From a virus (lineage: Duplodnaviria; Caudoviricetes): a stretch of DNA of 59,478 nucleotides. The stretch covers positions 1 to 59,478 of IMG/VR virus record IMGVR_UViG_3300031857_000194, one strand, 5' to 3'. Numbering within the stretch: position 1 is the first letter of the stretch; each line of letters begins with the position of its first letter. Below are positions 21,401-30,879 of the stretch, in pieces. The position numbers and the translations under genes were made by a program. Under the pieces are notes generated by a model. The model saw only the letters and a program-made list of their open reading frames with translations. It searched no databases and had not been told where the DNA came from.

Positions 21401-22676
21401 CACTGTCATCGGCTGTGTTCTTCCACTGCGTGACACCAAATGTGTTGTGATCTCGGGCCCAGGATCTATCGCTGGTAAAGGTGACTGGTGGTACTTGTTC
21501 GGGCTTCAGCGCCAATGATCTTAATATATCGGGTATGGCACGATTGATCTCCGAACTCAACCGGCTGTCCACGCCACGGAATGTGACACGGCCTTCGGTC
21601 AATTTACCGTTGGTTTTAGCCTTAGGAGGCACGCCAGCACGAGAGATTTTGAATCCCAACTGCTGAGCTGCTTTTTTCAAACTGTCGGGTCGGACGTCTA
21701 CTGTGAGTGCGTTGCTGAATCTGGGATCATTTCGTTCTGCTTGGGAAGGAATATAACCCGAAGCTGCTTCCTTCAAAGGCTCGTCCCCGAATCCCCAACG
21801 AAACTCCGTCATGATTTCCATGCCTGTCACACGCTTGATCAAATCCCATACGTCTCTTTGCTGGCCTTGCTTGATCAGTTGGCCCAGCAACTTTTTCTGC
21901 TCGGCAGTGGCCTTGCGATAAAACTCGTTCAGTTCCATGATGCCAATATTGCCGGCATAGGCAGCTTCTTCTATGCTGAGTTCTTCGCTCTTGGCCTGAT
22001 CACGTGCCTGCATCAATTGTCGGATCAATCCACGATTGCGCAGTAGTTTGAACACTAGATTTTCTGCAGAAAATTCCCCGGCACGATCTAGACCGGCCTT
22101 TCTCATGCGTTTGATTTTGTCCAGCAGCAGGGACAATCGATCATATTCAGGATTTTTCACAGCCTGTTCTATGGCGTGGCCCAGTTTTTTGTATTTGGAC
22201 TGCACTGTGTTGTCGTCTATGGGCACTCGCTGCCGGCGTGGCATTTTCTGCCACTGATCACGAGAAAGGGAATAGACACCAGCACTGTGATGCTGATCAG
22301 CTGCGCCCTGCACATACAATTCCACATCAGAATCTTTTACCTTGATATTATATCGATCATTGTACAGGCTTTTTTTGGCGTCAAACAATTCACGATACAC
22401 TTCGTCGTTGTCCAATCGCTTCATGTCAATGATCAGGTGCAGATCAATGTCGGAATAGGGTGTGTAGGTATAGCCTGCGTTGCTGCCACTGACGGTGATG
22501 TCATCTATCTGTGAGGAATTTAATCCAAGATATTCTCTAAAATCATCGGCTATGCGCAGCAGGGCTCGGCGCACATCGGGTTTGAGTTGATCCCCGTCAA
22601 ACAATTGGGGATTGAGATCTTGATGCAGCTGCACAGCATCCTTGAGACTGTACTGTTCTAATTCCGTGATATCCAT
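18462..22676 (-). CDS. 1404-aa polyprotein: Pol-beta-type nucleotidyltransferase, HExxH metallopeptidase and putative amidoligase (COOH-NH2 ligase type 2)
   Basis: VSGSNA..YSDIDLH (GS..DxD); THELQHVKQ; GFEAE...EPDGSL...GLEVVSP...NSSTGLHMGVS...KY...YIEFRSPGG. Confidence 0.8.
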   Translation of the reverse strand: MDITELEQYSLKDAVQLHQDLNPQLFDGDQLKPDVRRALLRIADDFREYLGLNSSQIDDITVSGSNAGYTYTPYSDIDLHLIIDMKRLDNDEVYRELFDAKKSLYNDRYNIKVKDSDVELYVQGAADQHHSAGVYSLSRDQWQKMPRRQRVPIDDNTVQSKYKKLGHAIEQAVKNPEYDRLSLLLDKIKRMRKAGLDRAGEFSAENLVFKLLRNRGLIRQLMQARDQAKSEELSIEEAAYAGNIGIMELNEFYRKATAEQKKLLGQLIKQGQQRDVWDLIKRVTGMEIMTEFRWGFGDEPLKEAASGYIPSQAERNDPRFSNALTVDVRPDSLKKAAQQLGFKISRAGVPPKAKTNGKLTEGRVTFRGVDSRLSSEINRAIPDILRSLALKPEQVPPVTFTSDRSWARDHNTFGVTQWKNTADDSEVYVYVGDRYLADVLRTYTHELQHVKQFIDGTAHHDMNSQELARVEADANTVAGRVMVDYGRQHDKIFTDIAESYQREKYLDDLAKGVKQLENPNYDNIDHVMQTISRRYDITPQKLHDQWVAKYGVTPDDWARGITAESQDSEDLLEVKMSPGELKKWADSDEAEGIQAGFEAELIFRDAGEGEEEDYEADYDMDERAYSIDGVVDFFQGGDNGIGRSSANRLQQEMRESFYEWRDEQIAEGWNQNADQIVRDYYDENVWPEEQDNYRERAAEELGIDTSEESEEQSEKIEALARELYRADVETSVDTEDDRFDQARDDYFDTTRDSSDYDESDWLEQEYRYMSDVGSEFGLDWPYWRGGETSGGDRTVDDIADSLRQALGGDAQVRGSTGYHSVSRKPGLWIIEPDGSLDPDDPSDETGLEVVSPPMPLKQALESLQTVIDWANSDGDAYTNSSTGLHMGVSVPFKGGAVDYVKLIMFLGDQYVLERFGRSANSYARSALGKLQDVQRSRRNQMQEQEVTGWDSSPAKMSGAEKTAAAMDLMKKNLIELAADMVRDGVGRDKYTSAHIKDGYIEFRSPGGDYLAKGDEEVGALEDTMLRFARAMYIASRPELERQEYGKKLYKLLSGYRETQYSRSDKGAKIKADVETEGAKDALELFARYSAGMITPEELKKSWARQVLAKEVPPPRSLAAAKEYEVINTDTGEVIDVIKDYNLDSANETALVKYSGQGFDFTTREKSEVEPEKPLSRRAQVAKKIVDRPTIWRITDTDSGRTLLVAAENTALAKAEAERQDKHWLELRRNDPDSFLAEPASAAEVRQYQQQQKDNRQDQQDLQTRLRAADTQRYRVSWSETRNGEQVTDSLSVDAPNADAAMDSVRSALQAQRRRITSIEAEPVQAQPNVNQQADRLIAQYAAQRSQGEFTGRWQIRNANTNEVVHTFGGIGNSQTDANRFAAGWMGRNRPDLVGVELEVVPEMR

Positions 22677-22683
22677 GATTTAA

Positions 22684-22689
22684 TATTTA
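22684..22689 (-). promoter_or_regulatory. Late-type promoter box TAAATA
   Basis: CTAAATA 7 nt upstream of ATG 22676, just downstream of a terminator. Confidence 0.65.
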
Positions 22690-22714
22690 GCAGTTTTTCC
22701 ACTAGGCACAAGCC

Positions 22715-22746
22715 AAAAAAATAGCGCAGTATTATCTGCGCTATTT
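22715..22746 (-). terminator. Intrinsic terminator
   Basis: AAATAGCGCAG-6 nt-CTGCGCTATTT inverted repeat followed by a T run on the minus strand. Confidence 0.8.
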
Positions 22747-22771
22747 CCAACCCGGGGGGTTGCCAGCAAAT

Positions 22772-23635
22772 TTATGCTGCCACAGCTGTTTGTGGCTGTC
22801 CGGCTTTTTTGTTCTGTTCCACGATAGCGTGCATTTCTTGATAAATGCGATCTTGGCTCATGAAATCAAACACAAATGTTCCGGTATGGCGCAGTAGCAC
22901 ACGCTTGTCTACCCAGACTTCACCGCCTAGATCACGCCAGTTTTCGCAGAAAGTCCAGTCCTCGCTATAATAGCGATTTTCACGCACAGCCGTGTCAAAA
23001 TATGTTTTCATATATTGATTTAATTCTGCTGGCAGTCCAATGTCATTGTTGAATGATTTCACAGCAGGATGGCTGTTCATCTTTTCAAATACATGGCGTT
23101 TGATCAACAAAAATCCTGTGCCAGTTTTTGATACTTCCTGCAGGCCATCTGGTGCTTCTTTTGCTCCGGGGAATCCGTTGACCACCCATTTTACTGGCAG
23201 TGTTTTCATGGGATATAATCCACCGATCACGTCTTTGTCGTGATTCAACATGGCCAGGATATGCCAAGGCTCAAAACCAATGTCGGCATCGATAAACATC
23301 AGGTGTGTTGAATCTGCTGTGTTCAAAAACTTGGCTACCAAGGTGTTGCGAGCACGGCTGATCAAGGACTCGTTGGTCATGGTTTCCATGGTCCAATCCA
23401 GGCCCAACTGGCGTGCTGTATTGCTCCATTTGATATAACTCATAAAATTCTGTTCAAACAATTGACCACCATAGCAGGGCATACAAAAATGGATTTTTTG
23501 TTTGCGGCAGTAGTCGATGTTGACCTGGATCTGACCTTGTTGGGGTTGCTGTTGATCGGCAGCAGGTGCTGGTGCAGCCTGGGCTGCTTCTGTCAGCGCC
23601 TTGGCCATTGCTTCTTTTTTATCTTTTTTTGCCAT
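22772..23635 (-). CDS. GT-A fold glycosyltransferase-like protein
   Basis: MPCYGG, ESLISRARN, HLMFIDADI (DxD), GTGFLLIKR, SEDWTFC; start at 23635 with GAGG SD. Confidence 0.8.
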   Translation of the reverse strand: MAKKDKKEAMAKALTEAAQAAPAPAADQQQPQQGQIQVNIDYCRKQKIHFCMPCYGGQLFEQNFMSYIKWSNTARQLGLDWTMETMTNESLISRARNTLVAKFLNTADSTHLMFIDADIGFEPWHILAMLNHDKDVIGGLYPMKTLPVKWVVNGFPGAKEAPDGLQEVSKTGTGFLLIKRHVFEKMNSHPAVKSFNNDIGLPAELNQYMKTYFDTAVRENRYYSEDWTFCENWRDLGGEVWVDKRVLLRHTGTFVFDFMSQDRIYQEMHAIVEQNKKAGQPQTAVAA

Positions 23636-23694
23636 GTTGGTCCTCAAAGTAAAGTTGTGCTATTACTTAAGAACTCTACAGCGGCGGAGAAAAT

Positions 23695-24321
23695 TTATTG
23701 AGCAGCAGCGCGATCGATCACGGCCTGATGATAGCCGTCGGACCAGTCACGATATTCAGCAGAGTCTGGGTCATAAGGATTGACCATGACCTGATTGTTT
23801 TGGTAGCATTTGTAGCCCTTGAGATAGCAACGACTGTCTCTGGGACCTAGATCCAATTTGCTCATGGGCTTGCTGGCAATATTTTCAGCGAAATTGGTTT
23901 GATCATTGAGATCTTTGATATCCCAACCTGTGCGCTGTATGCTCTGCACCAGTGCTGTTTCTATATCGTACACACGACTTTGCAGTAAATCCACAGCATC
24001 AATGGCTTCTTCAATGGCTGCCATTACATCAGCGATGCGATTGCGTTGATTTTCCATGGTTTCTGGAGCCAAGGTACGCAGCTGCATTTCAAAATCGTGC
24101 AGTTTGTACAAGGCGTCTTTGCTGATTTTTTTCACACTTGGCAGCAGCCGTTCCATATACTTCTGTGCCTGGGCCAAAGATTCTGCAGTTTCGGGTTCTG
24201 CGGCTTCTTGCGTGACAATCTGTTCCAATAATCCAACAAATCGATTTTTTTGTTCATTGGTGGCAGAGCCGAGATTGTCGCGTATCTGCTGTACTAGATC
24301 GTTGATTTTATTGGCGTCCAT
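23695..24321 (-). CDS. Coiled-coil protein with C-terminal RMF-like module
   Basis: C-terminus CYLKGY...NPY...WSDGYHQA; TAAATA 5 nt upstream (24327-24332). Confidence 0.65.
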   Translation of the reverse strand: MDANKINDLVQQIRDNLGSATNEQKNRFVGLLEQIVTQEAAEPETAESLAQAQKYMERLLPSVKKISKDALYKLHDFEMQLRTLAPETMENQRNRIADVMAAIEEAIDAVDLLQSRVYDIETALVQSIQRTGWDIKDLNDQTNFAENIASKPMSKLDLGPRDSRCYLKGYKCYQNNQVMVNPYDPDSAEYRDWSDGYHQAVIDRAAAQ

Positions 24322-24325
24322 AGAA

Positions 24326-24970
24326 TTATTTATTGTTCACACCCATGGCCGCAGCCACGGTTTCAAAATAATCCCGACCTGCCACTCGGAGATTGGGATC
24401 TACCCCAGTGGCACGGAAAAATCCTTCGCGATCGCCTGCAGTGACCATGGCACGAACATCGGTACTGCGTAGATTGGGATCACCCGCAATGCCCTCAGCA
24501 TCCTGTGCTTCAGGCGTGCCACCATCTGAGAATGAGTCAAAATTGTAAACTGCCCGTAATGGCTGGCCTTTGGTATTCACCTGCTTGCCATTTGTCACCA
24601 TTGGAAAACGCATGGCTTCTTCGCCGGCGCCGTACATGACCACAGCATTCTTGTAGCCTTTTTTATTCAAATATTCGGCAGCAAAATCACTCATGGGTAC
24701 AGCAGGATCCATGACAAAATGATCACGATCCTGTGGCAATATTGCCCGCCACCAGGCCAATTTTTCAGCACCTGTCAAAGGATTTTTTTCAGGATCACTA
24801 TCGCGAGGACTAATAAACAGATACCAGTCAGCATTCAATTCACCGGCCTTTCTTTTCAAGGCATTGATCAGTCGCTGATGTCCAGCATTGGGCGGATTAA
24901 ATCTACCAAATGCGTATACCACTGTGTCTTTGTTGCCACGTGTGTTTTCAAACAATTCAAATAATAACAT
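24326..24970 (-). CDS. HIGH-superfamily nucleotidyltransferase (cytidylyltransferase-like)
   Basis: YAFGRFNPPNAGH, KNPL, RSTDVR; MLLFELFE leader. Confidence 0.8.
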   Translation of the reverse strand: MLLFELFENTRGNKDTVVYAFGRFNPPNAGHQRLINALKRKAGELNADWYLFISPRDSDPEKNPLTGAEKLAWWRAILPQDRDHFVMDPAVPMSDFAAEYLNKKGYKNAVVMYGAGEEAMRFPMVTNGKQVNTKGQPLRAVYNFDSFSDGGTPEAQDAEGIAGDPNLRSTDVRAMVTAGDREGFFRATGVDPNLRVAGRDYFETVAAAMGVNNK

Positions 24971-26136
24971 TATCTAGGTTGCCAATCGCTGCGTTTGATA
25001 TATTTAACAAATTGTCCAGGAATGGCATATTGGTAACCACCAGGATCGGGCTGGGCAAATCCTTCGGGGTTGTCCTGGCGTATGATGCTGTGTTGCTGTA
25101 TGCCTGTTAGCCACTGATCCAGCACTGAATCTTTGATTTTTTGCAGTTGTTCCACAGCACCCAGTGTGGCTGTGAGTCCTGCTGAATCGCTGAGCATGAC
25201 GTCGGCTTGTTTGGCGCTGAGATTTTGTTTGGCCCAGACCGGAAATGACTGGGTCAAATCAGCGAATTTGGTGGCACGCTGATCACCCATGAACTTGTAA
25301 ATCACTGAACCAGGACTTTTAAGGCCCGGTTTGGGCGATAGATAATTGTCCAACACTGTGCGATTTTTTAGTATGCTCTGCTCAAGTGCAGCCAGAGCAC
25401 GATCCATTTCAGGATCCAGCACAGGCACAGTTTCCACATACAGCGGCCCTTGCACTATCAGGCCAGGTGTGTGATTCATGGCGTCGATTTGATCTGTGCT
25501 GAGTCGCTGTTCATCTGTGCTGCCCAGTTCGGGATAGTATCCTGTAATGGCCACACCAGCAGTGGCATTTTCTATACGCTCACCCAGTCTGCTGTCCTGG
25601 CGCACATAAAATCTCGTGACGTTGGGCTGGAATGTGTATTCACCACGGGCAGCAATGGCAGGTTTCTCAGGATAGAACAACAATCCACCTTCCACAAATC
25701 CACGGAAATCGCTGGGAGTAGCACGCTCAAATACCGAATACAATTGGCTCATGCCTTGTGCATATTGATTGCGCTGTGCTTGTTGTTCTGGGGTATCCGC
25801 ACGACCTGTGCCGGCAATAAACTTTTTTACTGCTGACGCACTGGACATTTCGGTACTGACACCGTCAGCGGTTTTATTTTTGCCACGCTGCTGATACATC
25901 CAGGCATTTTTGGGAAAGAAATAAAATTTGCCCTCATCGTCTCTGCCCCAAAAGAACACCGGAGATCCATCCCACTTCACTTCCACCTGCTGATATTCTG
26001 TGGGCAGTCTGCGCAGTCGTTCTATGGCGTGCAAGGCACCTTGGCTGCCGTTGGTATACACAAGGTCTTCCAAGTGTTGATATTTGCGACCTATGTCTGG
26101 CATGGCCGCTTCTACAAGGAACTGGCGGCTCAGCAT
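24970..26136 (-). CDS. Conserved phage protein with KxDG ligase-like motif (DUF6267-like)
   Basis: HLEDLV...VKWDGSP...EGGLLF...FQPN...EGF...VK; start re-called at MLSRQFLVE. Confidence 0.7.
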   Translation of the reverse strand: MLSRQFLVEAAMPDIGRKYQHLEDLVYTNGSQGALHAIERLRRLPTEYQQVEVKWDGSPVFFWGRDDEGKFYFFPKNAWMYQQRGKNKTADGVSTEMSSASAVKKFIAGTGRADTPEQQAQRNQYAQGMSQLYSVFERATPSDFRGFVEGGLLFYPEKPAIAARGEYTFQPNVTRFYVRQDSRLGERIENATAGVAITGYYPELGSTDEQRLSTDQIDAMNHTPGLIVQGPLYVETVPVLDPEMDRALAALEQSILKNRTVLDNYLSPKPGLKSPGSVIYKFMGDQRATKFADLTQSFPVWAKQNLSAKQADVMLSDSAGLTATLGAVEQLQKIKDSVLDQWLTGIQQHSIIRQDNPEGFAQPDPGGYQYAIPGQFVKYIKRSDWQPR

Positions 26137-26138
26137 GA

Positions 26139-27746
26139 TCAGTAACTTATGGTAATCTTGTTGATCACACCGCTGGAGAAATCTTTTACGCGGCAGCGCA
26201 GCCAAGTAAAGTTACCCAAGAGATTCAGCGCTGACACTCCGGTGTAAGCAGGTATGGGAATGTTGCCACCGGCTATCTCTCTGATTTCTATCACATCGTT
26301 GGGCTGTGGCGTCCAGTCAAATACCAAGGTGTTCACATAGGTATTGGTGTTGCTGTTGCCCGAACTGGTGAGTACATAACTGCCAAGATTGGGGAATAAT
26401 AAATTTGCATTGCCACCTTGCCAGGCTGTGTTGCTGTTGGCAACTGCACCAAAATCCAAAGACAAGCGATTGGGATCACCGTTGCTGTCCACAGTGATGT
26501 TGCGCACCACTGCACCTTGGGCAATGTAAATGTTGCTGTTGTATGCAGAACTGTTGCCGCCAATCACATTCACATTCACGTTGCTGTTTAGCGGAGGCAG
26601 TTGTTCAAAGTCAAGCTTGGGATCAACAAATCTAAATATCAAATTAGCACCGGTTACAGGGCTTTCATCAGCCAGCACAGCGAAACAATGCAGGGGCGAA
26701 GTGTTGGCGTTGCTGCCTGTGCGTGGCAAGGGAATCTGCAGTATGCCATTCACAGATACCAGTACACTTTCACTGGTATAAGTGGCTGAATCATTGTTCA
26801 ACACAAAGGTGTTGCTCAAGCCGTTGGCCACTATGGTCTGGCTGGAGAAGTTGCTGGTAGCGATGGGCTCGTAGAATTCTCTCACTGCCACTGTGGCATT
26901 GGCCGGCAGTGCATCGTTGAATACCAAGGTGCTGCCCACGGTGGTATATGCTCCGCCTATGGCATTGGAACCTGGAACTTGTATGATACCGTTCACGCTG
27001 ACCACCAGTTGATCAGCCGGATACTGTCCGTTGAGCACAAATGATTTGGTGGTGCCCACGCTGTTGCTGTACACGGGCCAGGTCAGTGTGCCTGAGCTGT
27101 TGGGACCTGCGTACCAGTTGCCGGGTGCTGTGGCATACTGTACCACAACATTGGCAGCATCGGGTATGCCCACGATTATGGGTGTGCCATCAAAACTGTT
27201 GTTGTTGGCATCTGAAGCATTGACCAAAATCTCTGTGCCAATCTGCAGTGCTGAAATGGTGGGACCGTAGGTGAATCGCACTTCGGTGCCCGACTGATAA
27301 AACACGTTGCCGATGTTGCTGCCTGCTGCGGCAGCATTGGTATAGCCGGAATTGAATATCTGCGACTCTACCATGAGCGCTGGCACATTGGCAGTTTTTT
27401 GTAAAAAGGTATTCTGTCCAAGACCCGTTACTTCTGCGATCTTGAACCAGGGATAGTTGGTGGCCAAAGGATCCAACAAACTGCTGTCAGGGTCGGACTC
27501 CAAGGTGCCTTCAAATATGAGATTGCCTACAAAATTGGTACAGTAGTAGGCCACTGTTTGTAAGCCGCCCGGGCTACGATAATAACTGGCTGCTTTCACA
27601 GGATCGCCGGCCCAGTTGTTGGCAGTGTTGGCGTTGTAGTTGGGATAACCTGGATTGTAACTGGGGTTGTTGTTAGCGGCCGCAGTGGCATTCCAATAGT
27701 TACCGTAACTAACCGTTGGGATTAGTATCTGCCCCGATGTGCGCAT
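26139..27746 (-). CDS. Virion structural protein
   Basis: N/G/T-rich beta protein with repeated VSVNGIxQ units and C-terminal GNFTWLR. Confidence 0.7.
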   Translation of the reverse strand: MRTSGQILIPTVSYGNYWNATAAANNNPSYNPGYPNYNANTANNWAGDPVKAASYYRSPGGLQTVAYYCTNFVGNLIFEGTLESDPDSSLLDPLATNYPWFKIAEVTGLGQNTFLQKTANVPALMVESQIFNSGYTNAAAAGSNIGNVFYQSGTEVRFTYGPTISALQIGTEILVNASDANNNSFDGTPIIVGIPDAANVVVQYATAPGNWYAGPNSSGTLTWPVYSNSVGTTKSFVLNGQYPADQLVVSVNGIIQVPGSNAIGGAYTTVGSTLVFNDALPANATVAVREFYEPIATSNFSSQTIVANGLSNTFVLNNDSATYTSESVLVSVNGILQIPLPRTGSNANTSPLHCFAVLADESPVTGANLIFRFVDPKLDFEQLPPLNSNVNVNVIGGNSSAYNSNIYIAQGAVVRNITVDSNGDPNRLSLDFGAVANSNTAWQGGNANLLFPNLGSYVLTSSGNSNTNTYVNTLVFDWTPQPNDVIEIREIAGGNIPIPAYTGVSALNLLGNFTWLRCRVKDFSSGVINKITISY

Positions 27747-27750
27747 GGTG

Positions 27751-27918
27751 TTACTCCTTGATTACTTCTACGATCACACCGCTGCCCACAAGCTCTTGCG
27801 CCACTGCTTCCAGGCTTGACGTTACATCAGCGCCGGCTATGGCATCAGATTCTGAGGCATCGTCCCTGGTCAGTTTGGACAGCTTGATTACAATGATTTC
27901 TTCGTATATTTTAGCCAT
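27751..27918 (-). CDS. Small hypothetical protein (55 aa, not in ORF track)
   Basis: MAKIYEEIIVIKLSKL...LEAVAQELVGSGVIVEVIKE*; TAAATA 5 nt upstream; fills the intergenic gap. Confidence 0.8.
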   Translation of the reverse strand: MAKIYEEIIVIKLSKLTRDDASESDAIAGADVTSSLEAVAQELVGSGVIVEVIKE

Positions 27919-27926
27919 ACTACTAT

Positions 27927-28631
27927 TTAGCGTGGCTCAATACGATATGTCTTTCTTAGCAGTCCAGGGAATGACATTTCAAACAGCATCTGTATATGCG
28001 GGTTGCTGGTATCAATGAACATATTGCTGGTCATCCAGCGGCGCCGCTGCCCCGTCATACGCTGTTGTAGACTAGGGCCCAGCCTGATTTCTTCTGAGTA
28101 ATTTTCGCAGAATTTTATCAGTTTTTCCACCACGGGCTCTTCCAGCCAGCGTTCTCGAAAATAGTGCCTTAATGTGTGCTCGGGATCTTTGAGTTGGATC
28201 ACGTCGGGTTCATGTGTGAGTTCAGCAGTGACCAGTTTCACGTGTTGTAGCTGTTGCCAGAACTTCTGTTCCTGCAGCCGGTGATAATCATTGGTGTAGA
28301 TCTGCAGCCAGTTGTCGTACAATACCACTTTGTCCTGATCATTGGATTCCAACCAGTCCAGGCATTCGTGCAAGGCCAGGACGTCATCAGCAGAAAAACT
28401 CTTGCCGGGACGAGTACGATTACCACGCCAGGACCCACCATAATTTATGTTACGCTTGAGTATCTGATCTCTGAATTCTATGTTTTCATCCAGGGTGCTG
28501 TGATCCCTCACACGGCCCAGTCTGGGCGACCTCAGCACTGCTGCTTCAAAAAGATAAGCAGAGATACTGTAGCGATAGCGGTTGTAAAACAGTGAACCGC
28601 GGGGTTGGGATTTAGACTCTAATAAGTCCAT
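27927..28631 (-). CDS. Hypothetical protein
   Basis: 234-aa ORF overlapping the end of clpA; start uncertain. Confidence 0.65.
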   Translation of the reverse strand: MDLLESKSQPRGSLFYNRYRYSISAYLFEAAVLRSPRLGRVRDHSTLDENIEFRDQILKRNINYGGSWRGNRTRPGKSFSADDVLALHECLDWLESNDQDKVVLYDNWLQIYTNDYHRLQEQKFWQQLQHVKLVTAELTHEPDVIQLKDPEHTLRHYFRERWLEEPVVEKLIKFCENYSEEIRLGPSLQQRMTGQRRRWMTSNMFIDTSNPHIQMLFEMSFPGLLRKTYRIEPR

Positions 28632-30879
28632 TGGTATCCACAGATCCTATCAAGTTGCTGGTAATGTCAAAGGTCACAGAATCTCCAACATAATCGGCCA
28701 TGATTTCACAGTTCATGAGATCATCAAACAGGATCTTGCGGCTAAGCGGCACACGAACTAGTTCATCGATTTTGCGGCTCAAGGGTCTAGCACCCATTTT
28801 GGCATCATAGCCTTTGTCTGCCAGGTGATCGATCAAGGCTTCCGAGAAGTTGATGCGAATGTTTTTGGGAGCCATGGCCTGTTGCAGTTGCTTGAGGAAT
28901 TTCAGCACGATACGCTTGATGGCCAGGGTATCCAGTTTCTGGAATTTACATATGGCATCAATACGATTGCGTATCTCAGGTTTGAAATAGTCTTTGAGTG
29001 CGCGATCTTCTTCGCCAGACTTGGCCAAGGCCACTCCAAAGCCAATGGCGTTGTTGTCATTGTCTCGAGCGCCCAGGTTGCTGGTCATGATGATGATGGT
29101 ATTTTTACAAGACACTTTCTTGCCATTGCTGCCAGTCACAGTGCCTTCGTCCAGCATCTGTAGCAAGATGTTGGACACATCAGGGTGCGCTTTTTCAATC
29201 TCATCAAACAAGATCACTGAATAGGGACTCTTGCTAAGATCATTGATGAGTTTGCCGCCGCCCAGGCTGTGATCTTCATAGCCCACATATCCTGGAGGCG
29301 CTCCAATTAGTGTTGACAGATTGTGCTTTTCTTGGAATTCGCTCATGTCATAGCGCAACAGTCGCATATCCAGTGCGTCACTGAGTGCCTTGGCCAGTTC
29401 GGTTTTGCCTGTGCCCGTGGGTCCAAGGAACAGGAACGATGCCAAGGGCCTGGTATCAACATTGATGCCAGCAAAAGAAACAAATATGCGATCGATCACG
29501 GGATCTATCACTTGATCCTGACCAAACAGCCGATCTTTCACAGTTTCAGCCAAACGCTTGATCTTGTCTGTGGTCTTGCTGGCCAGTTTGTCTCGCGGTA
29601 TGTCTGTAAATTTAGCGCAGGCAGTGATGATGTCTTCACGCAAGACCACAGCACCTTCAGCATCATTCACACGATAACCTGCACAGGCAGCATCCAACAG
29701 GTCAATGCTTTTGTCGGGATTTTTACGATCAGTGATATATCGATCACTCAGTTCCACTGCGGCCTTCACAGCATCTCTGTCGATCTGCACTGAGTGGAAT
29801 GTTTCCAGCCTGGGCTGCAGGCCTGTCAAGATATTTTCCGTATGCTCTGTGCTGGGTTCGTCTATGGCCACTTTGTAGAATCTACGCATGAGTGCGCGAT
29901 CCTTTTCAAATGACTCATAGTATTCTTCCCAAGTGGTACAAGCGATCACCTTCAAGTTGCCTTTGGTTATGGCAGGCTTGATCATGTTGGCCAGGTCCAT
30001 GCTGGAGTTGTTGGCAGCGCCTGCGCCTTTCATGGCGTGTGCTTCATCAATGAACAATATGCAGTTGTCTTTGGCTGCCAAGGCACTGAGCACGGCCTTG
30101 ACTTTTTCTTCAAAGTCTCCGCGATATTTGCTGCCTGCCAACACATCCGCAATGCTCATAGACCACACTTCGTGATTCTGCACAAACTTGGGCACTTCGC
30201 CTGCGATCACGGCCTGCGCCAGGCCTTCCACTATGGCAGTTTTGCCCACACCAGGATCGCCTACCAGCAACACGTTGCTTTTGAAACGCTTGGCCAGCAC
30301 AGTGATCATTTCTTTGAGTTCTGTGGCGCGACCTATCACGGGTTCATACTTGCCGGCTTCGGCCAGTGCAGTCATGTTGATGCAGTACTCTTCCAGTATT
30401 TCTGTGGCCTGCTTTCGGCCCAGTTTGGGTTCGCGCTGTTTGTGATGATGTCCTTGCCAGTACTCTACAAATTCTTGTTTGATCAGTCCATACTTGGAGA
30501 AAAAGTAGTGTGCGTGGCAGTTGTTTTCGCTCATGATGGACAGATACAGATCAATGGGTATCAGGAACCTGCGATTGCTGAACACCACCTGTGTCACAGC
30601 ACGATTGATCATGCGCTCGAGACCGTTGGTCTTTTTGGGCACAAACTCTTCGGGATCAACCGATTCCAACTCTAGACTTTTCATTGACTGTAGATAGGCT
30701 TCGATGTCGGCATCCAGGCTTTCAATGTCCACGCCAAAGTCCCGCGTTTGATTACGGAATTCTTGATTGCGTATCAGTGCCAACGCCACGTGTTCTAGCG
30801 TGACATATTCGTGACGCATATCAATGGCCAAGTCTCGCGCCATGTCGATGATGCTTTCAACTTCGGGATTATACTGCAT
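28612..30879 (-). CDS. clpA: ClpA-like AAA+ chaperone
   Basis: Clp N domain; two Walker A motifs (GDPGVGKT, GPTGTGKT); FIDEAH, FDEIEKAH, GARPL; no long ClpB middle domain. Confidence 0.9.
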   Translation of the reverse strand: MQYNPEVESIIDMARDLAIDMRHEYVTLEHVALALIRNQEFRNQTRDFGVDIESLDADIEAYLQSMKSLELESVDPEEFVPKKTNGLERMINRAVTQVVFSNRRFLIPIDLYLSIMSENNCHAHYFFSKYGLIKQEFVEYWQGHHHKQREPKLGRKQATEILEEYCINMTALAEAGKYEPVIGRATELKEMITVLAKRFKSNVLLVGDPGVGKTAIVEGLAQAVIAGEVPKFVQNHEVWSMSIADVLAGSKYRGDFEEKVKAVLSALAAKDNCILFIDEAHAMKGAGAANNSSMDLANMIKPAITKGNLKVIACTTWEEYYESFEKDRALMRRFYKVAIDEPSTEHTENILTGLQPRLETFHSVQIDRDAVKAAVELSDRYITDRKNPDKSIDLLDAACAGYRVNDAEGAVVLREDIITACAKFTDIPRDKLASKTTDKIKRLAETVKDRLFGQDQVIDPVIDRIFVSFAGINVDTRPLASFLFLGPTGTGKTELAKALSDALDMRLLRYDMSEFQEKHNLSTLIGAPPGYVGYEDHSLGGGKLINDLSKSPYSVILFDEIEKAHPDVSNILLQMLDEGTVTGSNGKKVSCKNTIIIMTSNLGARDNDNNAIGFGVALAKSGEEDRALKDYFKPEIRNRIDAICKFQKLDTLAIKRIVLKFLKQLQQAMAPKNIRINFSEALIDHLADKGYDAKMGARPLSRKIDELVRVPLSRKILFDDLMNCEIMADYVGDSVTFDITSNLIGSVDTNGLIRV

